A DNA stretch of 64,000 bases from Negaprion brevirostris (lineage: Eukaryota), in the NCBI GenBank assembly GCA_030324005.1, contig JARDVH010000193.1:39597405-39661404 (forward strand), read 5' to 3'. This document shows positions 62,680-64,000 of this stretch, piece after piece. Under the pieces are notes generated by a model. That model was not told the DNA's origin and ran no database searches. It worked only from the letters and a program-made list of their open reading frames with translations. Each line of letters begins with the position of its first letter. The stretch's first letter is position 1. The position numbers and the translations under genes were made by a program.

Positions 62680-63360
62680 TGGTGGCATAGGTTTAGCACT
62701 CTCGCCACTGGGTCCAAAAGTTATGGGCTGCAGTTTCTTTTTAGAGATCTGAGTCCATATTTTAGTACTGTGCTCACATGTAGTACTGACAGAGTGCTGC
62801 ACTGTTGGAGATTTTGTCAATTGGGAATGCCATTAAACCAAAACCCTTCATCAGTCCTCTCGGGTGGATGTACAAGGCTCCATTGCACTATTAAGGGGAG
62901 GCAGTGGCCCAGTGGTTTTGTCATTAGTCCAGAGACCCAGGGTAATGTTCTGGGGAACTAAGTGGACTTGAATCCCACCAAAACAAATGGTGAAATTTGA
63001 GTTGAATAAAAATCTGGAATTAAAAGTCTAATAATGACCATGAAACCATTGTTGGTTGCTGTAAAAATCCACTTGGTTCACTGATGTCCGTTAGGGAAGG
63101 GAATCTGCTGTCCTTATTGGTCTGGCCTACATGTGATTCCAGGTCCACAGCAATGTGGTTGGCTCTTGACTGCCCCTTCAAGGGCAATTAGGGGTGGGCA
63201 ATAAATGTTAGCCCAGCCAGTAATGCCCAGATCCTATGACAGAATTTTAAAAAGGAGCAGTGTAGTGATCTCTGGTTTCCCTGGCCAAAACATTTACTAA
63301 AACATTTAGCCATTTCTCTTATTGCTGTTAGTGGAAGTGTGCTGTGCCACATTTACTACA
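62680..63360 (+). mobile_element. DeuSINE relic interrupted by second SINE family
   Basis: tagcactctcgccactgggtc...gtactgacagagtgctgcactgttggag | ctggccaaaacattta...attgctgttagtggaagtgtgctgtg. Confidence 0.65.
62897..63253 (+). mobile_element. Second tRNA-derived SINE family, full length
   Basis: Head gtggcccagtgg; core ttagggaagggaatctgctgtcctt...tggcctacatgtgattccag; tail gggcaattaggggtgggcaataaatg. Confidence 0.8.
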
Positions 63361-63419
63361 GCACTGACCATGGGCAGGGCAGAATTCCACAGGTCCTTGA
63401 GTGGTGGGCTGGAGCTGGG

Positions 63420-64000
63420 GCAGGAGCGGTAACATAGTAGGGAAATGCATTGGCATAAATGGGTATTTTTCCATTTGGCAGGCAGTGACTAGTGATGTAC
63501 TGCGAGGATCTGTGCTAGGCCCCAACTATTCTCTTTACATATTAATAATTTGGAAGAGGGAACTAAATGTATTATCTTCAAATCTGCAGATGATACAAAG
63601 TTAGGTGGGAGGTTGAGCTGTGAAGAGGATGCAGAGATACTTCAGCATAATTTGGACAGAGTGAGTGAGAGGGCATATGCATGGCAAATGCAGTGTAATG
63701 TGGATAAATATGAGGTTAACCACTTTGATAGCAAAAATAGGAAGGCAGATTATTATTTGAATGGGTCTTAATTTAGAGAGGTGGATACTCAAGAGAGATC
63801 TTGGCATCCTCATGCATCAGTTGCTGAAAGTAAGCACACAGGTACAGCAGATCATAAAGAAGACAAATGGCCTTTACAGAAAGAGGATTTAAGTGTAGGA
63901 ATAGGGATTTTTTTTGCTGCAATTGTATAGAGCATCGTTGAGGTCATGCCGGGAGTACTGTGCGCAGTTTTGGTATCCTTATCCAAGGAAGGATTCCTTG
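63420..64000 (+). mobile_element. CR1 ORF2 RT relic (continues beyond window)
   Basis: WQAVTSDVLRGSVLGP, KSADDTKLGG, WQMQCNVDKYEV, EYCAQFW. Confidence 0.88.

Overview
Eukaryotic, non-coding, repeat-dense window from a gapped draft scaffold. Many N-runs are exactly 100 nt and several have short duplicated flanks. The repeat content points to a shark or other elasmobranch: many HE1-type V-SINEs, CR1/HER1-like, L2-like and Rex1/Babar LINE relics, DeuSINE (SacSINE1-like) relics, PIF/Harbinger non-autonomous elements, Myb/SANT gene relics, a Gypsy gag relic, LTR-like segments and Penelope-like element (PLE) fragments. I found no intact host gene or convincing host exon; the ORF track is mostly repeat-derived or runs through N gaps. 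Highlights: (1) a ~170-bp fragment of an NLR NACHT domain (Walker B LLFIFDGLDEF) lodged inside an old DeuSINE; (2) short PLE-derived elements carrying degenerate minimal hammerhead ribozymes, several built as palindromes with back-to-back hammerheads on opposite strands; (3) an HE1-like SINE subfamily with a swapped, non-CR1 3' tail; (4) repeat-poor AT-rich islands with Pbx-Hox/Meis/Oct-Sox-like motifs that look like conserved non-coding enhancers. Family names come from recalled consensus sequences, not database searches, and boundaries are approximate.
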